A DNA stretch of 64,000 bases from Chloroflexota bacterium (GTDB lineage: Bacteria; Chloroflexota; Dehalococcoidia; UBA2979), in assembly GCA_027593235.1 (NCBI GenBank), contig JAQCIU010000014.1, positions 1 to 64,000 on the forward strand, given 5' to 3'. The notes under the pieces were generated by a model. It was not told the origin of the DNA, ran no database searches, and saw only the letters and a list, made by a program, of their open reading frames with translations. Position 1 is the stretch's first letter. Every line of letters begins with the position of its first letter. Positions 8,744 to 17,838 of the stretch are shown here, in pieces. The position numbers were made by a program, and so were the translations under genes.

Positions 8744-9802
8744 ATGCCGATCATTCAGGCCGACGCGCTGCGCGGCTTCATCACCGACATCTTCGCCGCC
8801 ACCGGCGCCTCCCGGGAGGAGGCGGCGATCGTGGGCAACCACCTGGTCGAGGCCAACCTGATGGGCCACGACTCGCACGGCATCGTGCGCACGCTCGGCT
8901 ACATCACCCAGACGAAGGACGGCGGCCTCGTACCCGCCGCGAAGATCGAGGTGATCGGCGGCAAGGGCGCCGCGGCAGTCGTCGACGTGAACTGGAACTT
9001 CGGCCAGGTCGGCGCGACGCGCGCGATGGAGATCGCGATCGAGCGCGCCCGCGAGCACGGCATCGGCGCGGCCGTCTGCCGCAACTGTGGCCACATCGGC
9101 CGCGTCGGCGCTTACGGCCAGATGGCGGCGGCGCAGGGCATGATCGGTATCGCCTGCGTGAACAACCCGGGCACCGAGGGCCTTGTCGCCCCGTTCGGCG
9201 GGATGAAGGGCCGGATGGGGACCAACCCCTTCACCTTCGTGATCCCGACCGACAACCCGGACGAGCCATTCGTGCTCGACTTCGCCACCTCCGTCGCCGC
9301 CGAGGGCAAGGTGCGGGTCGCGAGGAACAAGGGCGTCGAGATGCCGCCCGGCTACCTCCTCGACAGCGCCGGTAACGAGACGACGAACCCGGCCGACCTC
9401 TACCAGAACGAGTCCGGTGAGCACGGCGCGCTGCTGCCGTTCGGCGGCGTCGTCGGCTACAAGGCCTATGGCCTCGCAATGGCGGTCGAGGCGCTGTCCG
9501 GCGCGCTCTCCGGCTCCGGCACCGCTGGCGGCGACGGCGCTGGCGGCAACGGCGTGTTCATGATGGCGCTCGACATCTCCGCCTTCACGGAGCGCGGCGA
9601 GTTCGACGAGATGTTCGGCGGCCTCGACCAGCACGTGAAGAAGGCCCCGGTGCAGCCCGGCCGCGAGGTAATCACGCCCGGTGTGCCGGAGCGGCGCCGG
9701 ATGGCGCAACGACTGGCGGACGGGATCGACGTGGACGAGGAGACCTGGCGCCAGGTCTGCGAAGCGGCCTCGATGGTTGGCGTGGCGGCGCTCGCGGTCT
9801 AG
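8744..9802 (+). CDS. Ldh_2 family oxidoreductase (malate/L-lactate/sulfolactate dehydrogenase-like)
   Basis: GHDSHG, NCGHIG, GTNP, DFATS, LLPFGG..GYKAYGL and PG motifs; AGGAGG RBS. Confidence 0.9.
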   Translation: MPIIQADALRGFITDIFAATGASREEAAIVGNHLVEANLMGHDSHGIVRTLGYITQTKDGGLVPAAKIEVIGGKGAAAVVDVNWNFGQVGATRAMEIAIERAREHGIGAAVCRNCGHIGRVGAYGQMAAAQGMIGIACVNNPGTEGLVAPFGGMKGRMGTNPFTFVIPTDNPDEPFVLDFATSVAAEGKVRVARNKGVEMPPGYLLDSAGNETTNPADLYQNESGEHGALLPFGGVVGYKAYGLAMAVEALSGALSGSGTAGGDGAGGNGVFMMALDISAFTERGEFDEMFGGLDQHVKKAPVQPGREVITPGVPERRRMAQRLADGIDVDEETWRQVCEAASMVGVAALAV

Positions 9803-9809
9803 CCGCGAG

Positions 9810-10712
9810 CTAGCGGGCGGTCTCGATCGAGTCGATGCGCCCGCGGCGCGTGTAGTCGTTGGTCACGACGAGTTCGTCGATTGCGCCACGACGATCGCCC
9901 TTCGAGTTGATCGCGCGCCGGGCCGGCGTGCGTTCGACGCGGTAGCGACCCGCCTCGTAGGCCCCGACGACCCACTCGTGGGGTGAGTTGGACACCATCG
10001 CGGCGACGCCGCGATCGCTCAGCTTGTCGACGCACCAGCGCAGGCGGAGCTGCTCGGGGCGGCCGAACGAACCCTCCGTGTAGGCGGTGAAATTCGCGGT
10101 CTCGGAGAGCGGGTGAAACGGCGGATCGAGGTAGACGAAGTCGCCCGCGCGCGCCTCGGCGCAGGCCGTCTCGAAGTCGCCGTGCGTGATCTCCGCGTGC
10201 TGCAACGCCGCCGAGGCCGCGGTGAGGTTGTCGCGATCGAGGATGTTCGGCTTCTGGTAGCGGCCGTGCGGCACGTTGAAGCGCCCCTGACGGTTCACGC
10301 GATAGAGCCCGTTGAAGCACGTCTTGTTCAGGAAAATCAGCCGCGCCGCGACCTCGACGGGTGCGCCGCGCTGTTCGTCACGGACGGCGTAGTAGTTCGC
10401 CGCGCGCGCCTCGGCATCGCCTTCCAGGTAGTTGGCGGCGAGCACCTCGAGGCGTGCGACCAACTCATCGAGGTGGTCGCGCACGACGGTGTAGGCGGTG
10501 ACGAGTTCGTGGTTCATGTCGTTGAGCACGGCGCGGCGGGGGGCGAGATCCGGATCCGCGGCGAGCGCGAAGAAGAGCGCGCCGCCGCCCATGAATGGCT
10601 CGTAGTAGGTGTCGATCGACCTCGGAGCGCGTTCGAGGAGGGCGGGGAGCAACTGCGTCTTGCCGCCCGCCCATTTCAGGAAGGGGCGCGCGCGCGGCTG
10701 GTCAACGGGCAC
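9810..10712 (-). CDS. dam: Dam-type (D12 class) N6-adenine DNA methyltransferase
   Basis: FLKWAGGK, YYEPFMGGGA, LNKTCFNGLYRVN..G.FNVP.G and FVYLDPPF motifs. Start uncertain. Confidence 0.85.
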   Translation of the reverse strand: MPVDQPRARPFLKWAGGKTQLLPALLERAPRSIDTYYEPFMGGGALFFALAADPDLAPRRAVLNDMNHELVTAYTVVRDHLDELVARLEVLAANYLEGDAEARAANYYAVRDEQRGAPVEVAARLIFLNKTCFNGLYRVNRQGRFNVPHGRYQKPNILDRDNLTAASAALQHAEITHGDFETACAEARAGDFVYLDPPFHPLSETANFTAYTEGSFGRPEQLRLRWCVDKLSDRGVAAMVSNSPHEWVVGAYEAGRYRVERTPARRAINSKGDRRGAIDELVVTNDYTRRGRIDSIETAR

Positions 10713-10862
10713 GGCGGGCGCGGCGATCTCCGGGTCGGCGGCAACGAGCGTAGTAATGGCGAAACCCCGGCGACCGGGGAGGTGGCCGCTGGCCGAATTG
10801 TAGCGGGCGACCCGAAACGGCGCGAGGAAGGTGACACGATCTGCATAATGCGTCGCCTTCAT

Positions 10863-10933
10863 GACACATGGACGCAACATATGCGACACGTGGACGCAAT
10901 CCGCACGTGATTGATTCGTCACGTCCTCGTAAC
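10863..10933 (+). promoter_or_regulatory. Array of seven pentamers in exact 11-bp phase (GlnR-box-like) upstream of amtB
   Basis: GACAC-n6-GCAAC-n6-GACAC-n6-GCAAT-n6-GTGAT-n6-GTCAC-n6-GTAAC starting at 10863, 10874, 10885, 10896, 10907, 10918 and 10929. Confidence 0.65.
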
Positions 10934-10997
10934 GGAGGGCAGATCGCGCCACCACCGGCTCCCGCCGGGCGAACGTGCCGCGATGGGAGGGAGACCT

Positions 10998-12218
10998 ATG
11001 GACTCTGGTTCTACGGCCTGGATCCTGACCAGCGCTGCACTCGTGCTGTTCATGATACCCGGGCTCGCGTTGTTCTACGGCGGCATGGTCCGCAACAAGA
11101 ACGTGCTCGCGATGCTGATGAAAAACTACGTCGCGATGGGGATCGTCACCATCACCTGGATCACCGTCGGCTTCTCGCTTGCATTCAGCGGCGATGTCGG
11201 CGGCGGTCTGATCGGCGACCTCAAACTCTGGGGCGTCCGTGACCTCGGTCTCGGCAACGAGCAGTTCGGGTACGAAATCCCTGACCTGCTCTTTATGGCG
11301 TTCCAGATGATGTTCGCCATCATCACACCAGCCCTGATCGCGGGTGCGATCGCCGAGCGCATGAAGTTCACGGCCTGGGTCGTCTTCGTCGCGATCTGGT
11401 CGATCGTTGTCTACGCGCCGATGGCCCACTGGGTCTGGGGCGGTGGATTCATTGCGACGGACGTGAAGGCGATCGACTTCGCCGGCGGCCTCGTCGTGCA
11501 CATCAACGCTGGTGTGGCGGCGCTGGTGCTGGTGCTGGTGTTGGGACCGCGTGCCGGCTTCCGACGTGACGTGATCCGGCCGCACTCGCTGCCGCTCACG
11601 ATCCTCGGCGCCGGGATCCTCTGGTTCGGGTGGTTCGGCTTCAACGCCGGATCCGCGCTCGCCGCCAACGGCGCGGCGGCCAACGCATTCGTCACGACGC
11701 AAGTCGCGGCGGCTGTCGCGGCCACGACCTGGACGATCGTCGAGGGCATTAAGCACGGGAAGCCAACGACCCTCGGTTTTGTGTCGGGTGCGGTGGCTGG
11801 CCTGGTGGCGATCACCCCGGCGGCGGGATTCGTATCACCGTTGTCGGCGGTGGTGATCGGCATCGCAGCCGGTTCGATCTGCTTCTACGCGCTGCAGCTC
11901 AAGTTCCGGTTCAACTTCGATGACTCGCTTGATGTGATCGCCGTTCACCTGGTCGGCGGGATCATCGGCGCACTGCTGCTTGGGTTCCTCGCGGAGGCGC
12001 GGATCGGTGGCGTGGACGGAGCCTTCTTCGGGAACGCGAGGCAGGTCTGGAACCAGTTCCTCTCGGTGGTGATCGCCATCGTCTTCTCCGGTGTGGTCTC
12101 CTTCATTCTGGCGAAGGCAATCGACATGACGATCGGGCTACGGGTGAGCGAGGATGACGAGCGCCAGGGCCTCGATCTCTCGCTCCACGAAGAGCAGGGC
12201 TACATCCTCGCGGACTAG
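10998..12218 (+). CDS. amtB: Ammonium transporter
   Basis: PGLALFYGG, FQMMFAIIT, AHWVWGGG, DFAGGLVVH, LWFGWFGFN and DDSLDVIAVH motifs; GGAGG RBS. Confidence 0.95.
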   Translation: MDSGSTAWILTSAALVLFMIPGLALFYGGMVRNKNVLAMLMKNYVAMGIVTITWITVGFSLAFSGDVGGGLIGDLKLWGVRDLGLGNEQFGYEIPDLLFMAFQMMFAIITPALIAGAIAERMKFTAWVVFVAIWSIVVYAPMAHWVWGGGFIATDVKAIDFAGGLVVHINAGVAALVLVLVLGPRAGFRRDVIRPHSLPLTILGAGILWFGWFGFNAGSALAANGAAANAFVTTQVAAAVAATTWTIVEGIKHGKPTTLGFVSGAVAGLVAITPAAGFVSPLSAVVIGIAAGSICFYALQLKFRFNFDDSLDVIAVHLVGGIIGALLLGFLAEARIGGVDGAFFGNARQVWNQFLSVVIAIVFSGVVSFILAKAIDMTIGLRVSEDDERQGLDLSLHEEQGYILAD

Positions 12219-12578
<360 letters not shown>

Positions 12579-12615
12579 TCCGGCCGCTTGATGAGAAGGT
12601 GAGGCGCGAGCGTCG

Positions 12616-14964
12616 ATGGTGACTACACACCCGGCGCTCGCGTCGTTTCTCGCTGAGCAGGCGATCGTCACCCCGGCCTCGGTCAGCGAAGCTGGCGTCG
12701 ATCGCTGCGAGCGGGCGGCGAGCGCCCTCGATTCCGCGCTCCGCGCGCTGGCTGCCGAGGGTAGCGACGGCACCTCGGGTGCCGCGGGGTTCGCGGTGGT
12801 CGCGGTCGGCGGCTACGGGCGGCGCGAGCAGTGCCGGCACTCGGACGTCGACGTGATGCTGCTGGTGCGGCCGGGACAGGCCGAGGCGGCGACACACCTC
12901 CTCTACCCGCTCTGGGACGCTGGACTCAAGGTCGGCCACTCAGTACGGACGCTCGACGAGATCGCGATCGCGGCCGACAACTTCGAGACGTTTACCGCGC
13001 TCCTCGATGCGCGGCTCGTCGCGGGTGACGGCGAGCTGTTCGGCCAGCTAGAATGGACGATCGCGCGTCTGGCGCGTTCGCGGCGACAACTGCTGCTGGA
13101 TGGGCTGCGCGAGCGCCATGTGGCGCTGCAGCGCGGCGAGCCGTGGCAGCGTCAGGCGACCGATCTGAAGACGGGGCGCGGCGGGCTCCGCCACCTGCAA
13201 CTGGTGCACTGGCTCGCCCGCGCCAGGCAACGCGCCGATGGCACCTCAGGGGCGACGATTCCGGCAGAGTTGGAGGCTGCGCACGTGCGGCTGCTGGCGA
13301 CGCGCCAGGCGGTGCACGCGCTGGTGGAGCGCCCGAGCGATCGGTTCCGCGACGATCTGGCACCGCGGATCGCGGAGTGGCTCGGCGAGGAGACGATGGT
13401 GAGCGCGCGTGCGCTGTACCTCGGGATGCGTGAGATCGATCGCGTGGCGGCGGACACGTTCGCCTCGACCGCGCAGTCGCGGCGCTGGTGGAAACTCTGG
13501 GGGCGATCCGAGGCGGGCATGGACCGCCCGGCCGAGGGGCCGCGATCGGACCTCGAGGCGCTGCGCAGGGCGTTGCGCCGCGTCGACGACGATGCCGCGC
13601 CGCTGGGCCTCGATCCGTTGCCGCGGGCGGACTGGTTGGATCGGCTACTGCCGGAGTGGGAGAAGCTGCGCGCGCGGCGGCACATCGCGCCGTTCCACAC
13701 ACACCCGGTCGACACGCACCTGCTCCGCACGGTGGCCGAGACGGCCTACATCGCGCGACACGATGACGACGATCGATCCGGAACGGTGGCCGTGGCGGCC
13801 GAACTGGACGATCTGGATGAGCTGCTGCTCGCGGCGTTCCTGCATGACATCGGCAAGGGACGCGAGGAGGAGCACTCGACGGCGGGTGCGGTGATCGCGG
13901 AGCGATTCTGCGCGCGCGCGGGGCTGGAAGCGGCAGCGACGCAACGGCTGGTGACCGTCGTGCGACAACACCTGTTGCTGCCCTCGGTGGCGACGCGCCG
14001 CGACATCGCCGACACGCGGGTGATCGGGGAGGTGGCGGAGGCGGTGAAGACGCCGCGCACGCTGCGGCTGCTGTATCTCGTATCGATCGCCGATTCACGC
14101 GCGACGGGGCCGGACGTATGGAGCGCGTGGAAAGCCCAACTGATGCGCTCGCTGTATGTGCGGGTGATGACGGTGCTGCTCGATGGAGAGGTGGGGCCGC
14201 TCGACACGCGGCGCAGCCTGGAGCGCGCACAGACGGAGCTGGCGAGCCGCTTCAGCGCCGAGCAGGTCGCCGCGCACGCGGAGCGACTGGAGCCGGGCTA
14301 CCTGCTCAGCACGCCGCCGGCGACGATCGGCGATCACATCGAACTGGCGAACGAGGCCGTCGCCGGGGGCGTCGGGATCCGACGCGACCGGCTCGAGGGC
14401 ATGGACCGCCTGACGGTCCTCTGCCGCGATCGACCGGGGCTGCTGCAGTCGCTGACCGGGACGCTCGCGGCGCACCAGGCAAACGTGCTGGGCGGCGTCG
14501 CCTACACCCGCAACGACGGGATCGCGATCGAGGTCTGGCACGTCGGCGACGCGCTGGGCCACGAGATCGATGACCGCCGCTGGGCGCGGATCCTGGAGGC
14601 GGTACCGGCGGCGCTGACGGGCGCGTACCCGCTGGAGCAGCGACTGGAGCAGGTGCGACAGATGTACCCGACACCGCCGGCGCTGATCGCGCCGACGGCG
14701 CACGTCGACAACTCGGCGTCCGACGCCTACTCCGTCCTCGAGGTGACCGCGCAGGACCGGCCCGGCCTGCTCCACGCGATCGCGCGTGAGTTGCACGAAC
14801 TGGGGATAGACATCCACCTCGCGAAGGTCGACACGCTCGGTCCGGAGGTGTTCGACGCGTTCTACATCCAGCGCGAGAACGGCCGACGGATCGAAGATCC
14901 GGACGAGATCGAGCGCCTGGAAACGCACGTGCTCGACGCGATCCGCGCGCTGGAACCGCGGTGA
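12616..14964 (+). CDS. glnD: PII nucleotidyltransferase/removing enzyme
   Basis: AVGGYGR..SDVD NTase motif, LK.G.GGLR, HD domain (LHDIGKG) and two ACT domains (DRPGLL). Confidence 0.9.
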   Translation: MVTTHPALASFLAEQAIVTPASVSEAGVDRCERAASALDSALRALAAEGSDGTSGAAGFAVVAVGGYGRREQCRHSDVDVMLLVRPGQAEAATHLLYPLWDAGLKVGHSVRTLDEIAIAADNFETFTALLDARLVAGDGELFGQLEWTIARLARSRRQLLLDGLRERHVALQRGEPWQRQATDLKTGRGGLRHLQLVHWLARARQRADGTSGATIPAELEAAHVRLLATRQAVHALVERPSDRFRDDLAPRIAEWLGEETMVSARALYLGMREIDRVAADTFASTAQSRRWWKLWGRSEAGMDRPAEGPRSDLEALRRALRRVDDDAAPLGLDPLPRADWLDRLLPEWEKLRARRHIAPFHTHPVDTHLLRTVAETAYIARHDDDDRSGTVAVAAELDDLDELLLAAFLHDIGKGREEEHSTAGAVIAERFCARAGLEAAATQRLVTVVRQHLLLPSVATRRDIADTRVIGEVAEAVKTPRTLRLLYLVSIADSRATGPDVWSAWKAQLMRSLYVRVMTVLLDGEVGPLDTRRSLERAQTELASRFSAEQVAAHAERLEPGYLLSTPPATIGDHIELANEAVAGGVGIRRDRLEGMDRLTVLCRDRPGLLQSLTGTLAAHQANVLGGVAYTRNDGIAIEVWHVGDALGHEIDDRRWARILEAVPAALTGAYPLEQRLEQVRQMYPTPPALIAPTAHVDNSASDAYSVLEVTAQDRPGLLHAIARELHELGIDIHLAKVDTLGPEVFDAFYIQRENGRRIEDPDEIERLETHVLDAIRALEPR

Positions 14965-15806
14965 ACCAGCAGCACGCCGAACCGCCGCTGCTCCCCGCAC
15001 AGCCCTCGATTGTCGCGATTGACCTCGATGGGACCGCGCTCGACTCCGGCGGCGTGCTGCGCGAACGGACGCGACGCGCGATCGAAGCGCTGATCGCGCG
15101 GGGCATCCCGGTCGCGATCGCGACGGCGAGGCCGGCGCGCGGGGTGCACAAGCTGCTTGGCCCGGAGTTGTTCGAGACGCTCGACCTCGTGCACGTCGAC
15201 GGCGCGGTGATCGATCACCGGCGGAGCGACACGCAGCACCTCCACCCACTGCCCGAAGGCGCGGGCGCGGTGATCGCGGCGGCCGCGGCTCGCGAGCTAC
15301 CGGGCGCAGCGGTGGTGATAGAGCTCGAGGGGTGGGAGTTTGGCGCCGATCACTCGCTCACGCCGGAGCAGCTCTGGGAGTACAACAGCGCCACTCCGGA
15401 GATGGTGTTGCCCTCGGCGGCGGCACTCGAGCGCACGCCGGTCAAGATCGCGATCAACGGCCTCGACGCGTCGGTCGACCAGCTCGCGAGCGTGCTCGCC
15501 GCCGAACTGGGCGACGAGGTGCGCTTGCTCCCGCACCGCGTCGGCACCTTCCTCTCCGTCGTCGCGCCCGGCGTCGGCAAGCGCAGTGGCATCGCCCGGC
15601 TACTGGGCGACGACCCCGAGGCCTGGCGCAACGCGATCGCCTTCGGCGACGACTACAGCGACATCGAACTCCTCGCGGGCGTCGGCTACGGCTTCGCGAT
15701 GGCGAACGCCGCGCCCGAGGTCAGCGCGGCCGCTCGTCTCGGTGCGCCCTCGAACGACGCCGACGGTGTCGCGGTCATCCTCGAGCGGTTGCTGGGCGGC
15801 CGCTAG
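14961..15806 (+). CDS. Cof-like HAD-IIB phosphatase
   Basis: DLDGT, ATAR, GK..G and AFGDDYSDIELL....AMANA motifs. Confidence 0.9.
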   Translation: MNQQHAEPPLLPAQPSIVAIDLDGTALDSGGVLRERTRRAIEALIARGIPVAIATARPARGVHKLLGPELFETLDLVHVDGAVIDHRRSDTQHLHPLPEGAGAVIAAAAARELPGAAVVIELEGWEFGADHSLTPEQLWEYNSATPEMVLPSAAALERTPVKIAINGLDASVDQLASVLAAELGDEVRLLPHRVGTFLSVVAPGVGKRSGIARLLGDDPEAWRNAIAFGDDYSDIELLAGVGYGFAMANAAPEVSAAARLGAPSNDADGVAVILERLLGGR

Positions 15807-16246
15807 CGTTCGACCCAGTGCTGGACGCGATCGGCCAGTCCATCGGGGTAAAGCGTGTAGGCACCGGCGAACACTTCCGAGAGGGGGAGCCAGCGCGCGT
15901 CGAGGGGCTCGCCATTCGCCTCCGCGCCGGCGATCGGGGAAAGGTCGACCGGCTCGGTGCCTGGGGGCCAGCGCACGACGAACTCGAACATGATCTGGTG
16001 CCCGGGCTCGCCATCGAGCTCGAAGATGTTCTCCGATACGGCCAGGCGGTCGACCAGTTCGACGGCGCGTCCAAGCTCCTCGTGGATCTCGCGATACAGG
16101 GCGTCGACGGCGCGCTCTCCGAAGTCGATCCCTCCGCCGAGCGGGCGGTAATAGGTCCCGCGCGGGTGCTCATAGCGCGCGGCGAGGAGGTGATCGCGCC
16201 AGAGGAGGACCGCCAGGGCGGTGGGTCGAATGTAGGGCCTCGGCAC
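15803..16246 (-). CDS. NUDIX hydrolase
   Basis: GGGIDFGERAVDALYREIHEELG Nudix box; GGAGG before GTG 16246. Confidence 0.85.
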   Translation of the reverse strand: MPRPYIRPTALAVLLWRDHLLAARYEHPRGTYYRPLGGGIDFGERAVDALYREIHEELGRAVELVDRLAVSENIFELDGEPGHQIMFEFVVRWPPGTEPVDLSPIAGAEANGEPLDARWLPLSEVFAGAYTLYPDGLADRVQHWVER

Positions 16247-16390
16247 GACGTCCTCCGGCGCGCGCCGCTGCGCGACGGCGCGAAATCGAACGTATTGGCG
16301 GCGGTCGGCTAGGATACGCGCAGCAGGCAGCCCGGGTTCGCCGATGCTTGAACCCGTTCGACTCCAGCGACGAGAGCAGAGGACTCCCCC

Positions 16391-17644
16391 GTGACCACCG
16401 AGAAAGAGATTTACGCCCTCGGCGAAACGCCACCGTTGGGTTATGTCCCGGCGAAGATGCATGCCTCGCTGATCCGCCCCGAGCGGTTTGGCGAGCCGAA
16501 GCAGGCCTTCGAGATCGAGCAGGTCGACGTCCCGAAGCCCGGCCCGAGGCAGGTGCTGGTCTGGGTGATGGCTGCCGGCGTGAACTACAACAACGTGTGG
16601 GCCGCCCTCGGCACCCCGGTCGACGTGATCGGCGCGCGCCAGCGCAAGGGTGCCGAAGAGGCCTTCCACATCGGCGGCTCTGACGCCTCGGGGATCGTCT
16701 GGGCAACCGGCGACGAGGTTGAGAACGTCAAGGTCGGCGACCGCGTCGTCCTCTCCTGTGGGATGTGGGACGAGAACGCCGAGGACATCAAGGCCGGCGC
16801 CGACCCGATGACCTCCGCCAGCAACAAGATCTGGGGCTACGAGGAGAACTGGGGCTCCTTTGCCCAGTTCGCGCTCGTAGACCACTACCAGGTGCACGAG
16901 AAGCCGGCACAGCTCTCCTGGGAGGCCTCCGCCGCCTACATGCTCGTCGGCGCCACGGCCTACCGGCAGCTCATGGGCTGGCCACCACACATCGTCAATG
17001 AGGGCGATCCGGTGTTGGTCTGGGGCGGCACCGGTGGTCTGGGATCGATGGCGATCCAAATCGTGAAGGCGCGCGGCGGTATTCCGATCGCCGTCGTCTC
17101 GAGTCAGGACAAGTTCGAGTTCTGCCTGCAGCTCGGGGCGAAGGGCGTGATCAACCGCAAGGACTTCGACCACTGGGGTCGCCTCCCGGACGTCGATGAC
17201 GCTGACGCCTTCGGCGAGTGGATGAAGGGCGCACGCGCGTTCGGCGCGAAGTTCTGGGAAGTCCTGGGCGAGCGCAAGGCGCCGAAGATCGTCTTCGAGC
17301 ACCCGGGTGAGGCGACGATCCCGACCTCGATCTTCCTCGCGGACAACAACGGCATGGTCGTGATCTGCGCCGGCACCAGTGGCTACAACGCCGATGTCGA
17401 CCTGCGGTACCTCTGGATGCGCCAGAAGCGCCTCCAGGGCTCGCACTTCGCCAACACCGAGCAGTGCAAGGCGTTCAACCAGATGATTATCGACGGCGAG
17501 GTCGACCCGGCCTTGTCCCGGGTGTTCCCGCTCGCAGAGGTCGGTGATGCGCACCAGCTCATGTACGAGAACGCGCACCCGCCGGGAAACATGTCGATCC
17601 TCGTGAACGCGACCGAGGAAGGCCACACCGACATCGCGATCTAG
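16391..17644 (+). CDS. ccr: Crotonyl-CoA carboxylase/reductase
   Basis: [32 protein letters not shown] and [15 protein letters not shown] motifs. Confidence 0.9.
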   Translation: MTTEKEIYALGETPPLGYVPAKMHASLIRPERFGEPKQAFEIEQVDVPKPGPRQVLVWVMAAGVNYNNVWAALGTPVDVIGARQRKGAEEAFHIGGSDASGIVWATGDEVENVKVGDRVVLSCGMWDENAEDIKAGADPMTSASNKIWGYEENWGSFAQFALVDHYQVHEKPAQLSWEASAAYMLVGATAYRQLMGWPPHIVNEGDPVLVWGGTGGLGSMAIQIVKARGGIPIAVVSSQDKFEFCLQLGAKGVINRKDFDHWGRLPDVDDADAFGEWMKGARAFGAKFWEVLGERKAPKIVFEHPGEATIPTSIFLADNNGMVVICAGTSGYNADVDLRYLWMRQKRLQGSHFANTEQCKAFNQMIIDGEVDPALSRVFPLAEVGDAHQLMYENAHPPGNMSILVNATEEGHTDIAI

Positions 17645-17669
17645 GTGAGGTGTTCCAGCCGACTGAACG

Positions 17670-17699
17670 ACAGAGGCGGCGCAACTGCGCCGCCTCTGT
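17670..17699. terminator. Probable bidirectional terminator hairpin between convergent genes
   Basis: ACAGAGGCGGCGCA-ac-TGCGCCGCCTCTGT perfect 14-bp inverted repeat. Confidence 0.8.
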
Positions 17700-17723
17700 T
17701 CGTCTAGTCGTCGGATCGTTCAG

Positions 17724-17838
17724 CTACTGGTAGATGACGTAGTCCACGTCACTACTGGTAGATGACGTAGTCCACGTCCCGTTACTGGTAGATGACGTAG
17801 TCCACGTCCCGTTACTGGTAGATGACGTAGTCCACGTC
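17724..17838. repeat. Four tandem copies of a 27-bp unit encoding DVDYVIYQ-stop
   Basis: (C/T)TACTGGTAGATGACGTAGTCCACGTC at 17724, 17752, 17782 and 17812 (periods 28, 30, 30). Confidence 0.95.

Noticed and set aside
6545-10712. Prophage or mobile island suggested by hicAB plus dam
   Set aside because: No integrase, transposase, phage genes or flanking att repeats; the intervening genes are metabolic.
9810-11756. 648-aa Dam fusion, and similarly extended ORFs for NUDIX (15803-17626), FGE (33715-35211) and AtpF (42860-44005)
   Set aside because: The extensions overlap amtB, ccr, rex or atpE and are open-frame run-ons; shorter starts fit better.
17724-17838. CRISPR array
   Set aside because: Units are separated by only 1-3 nt with no spacers, the unit is the gene's own 3' end, and there are no cas genes.
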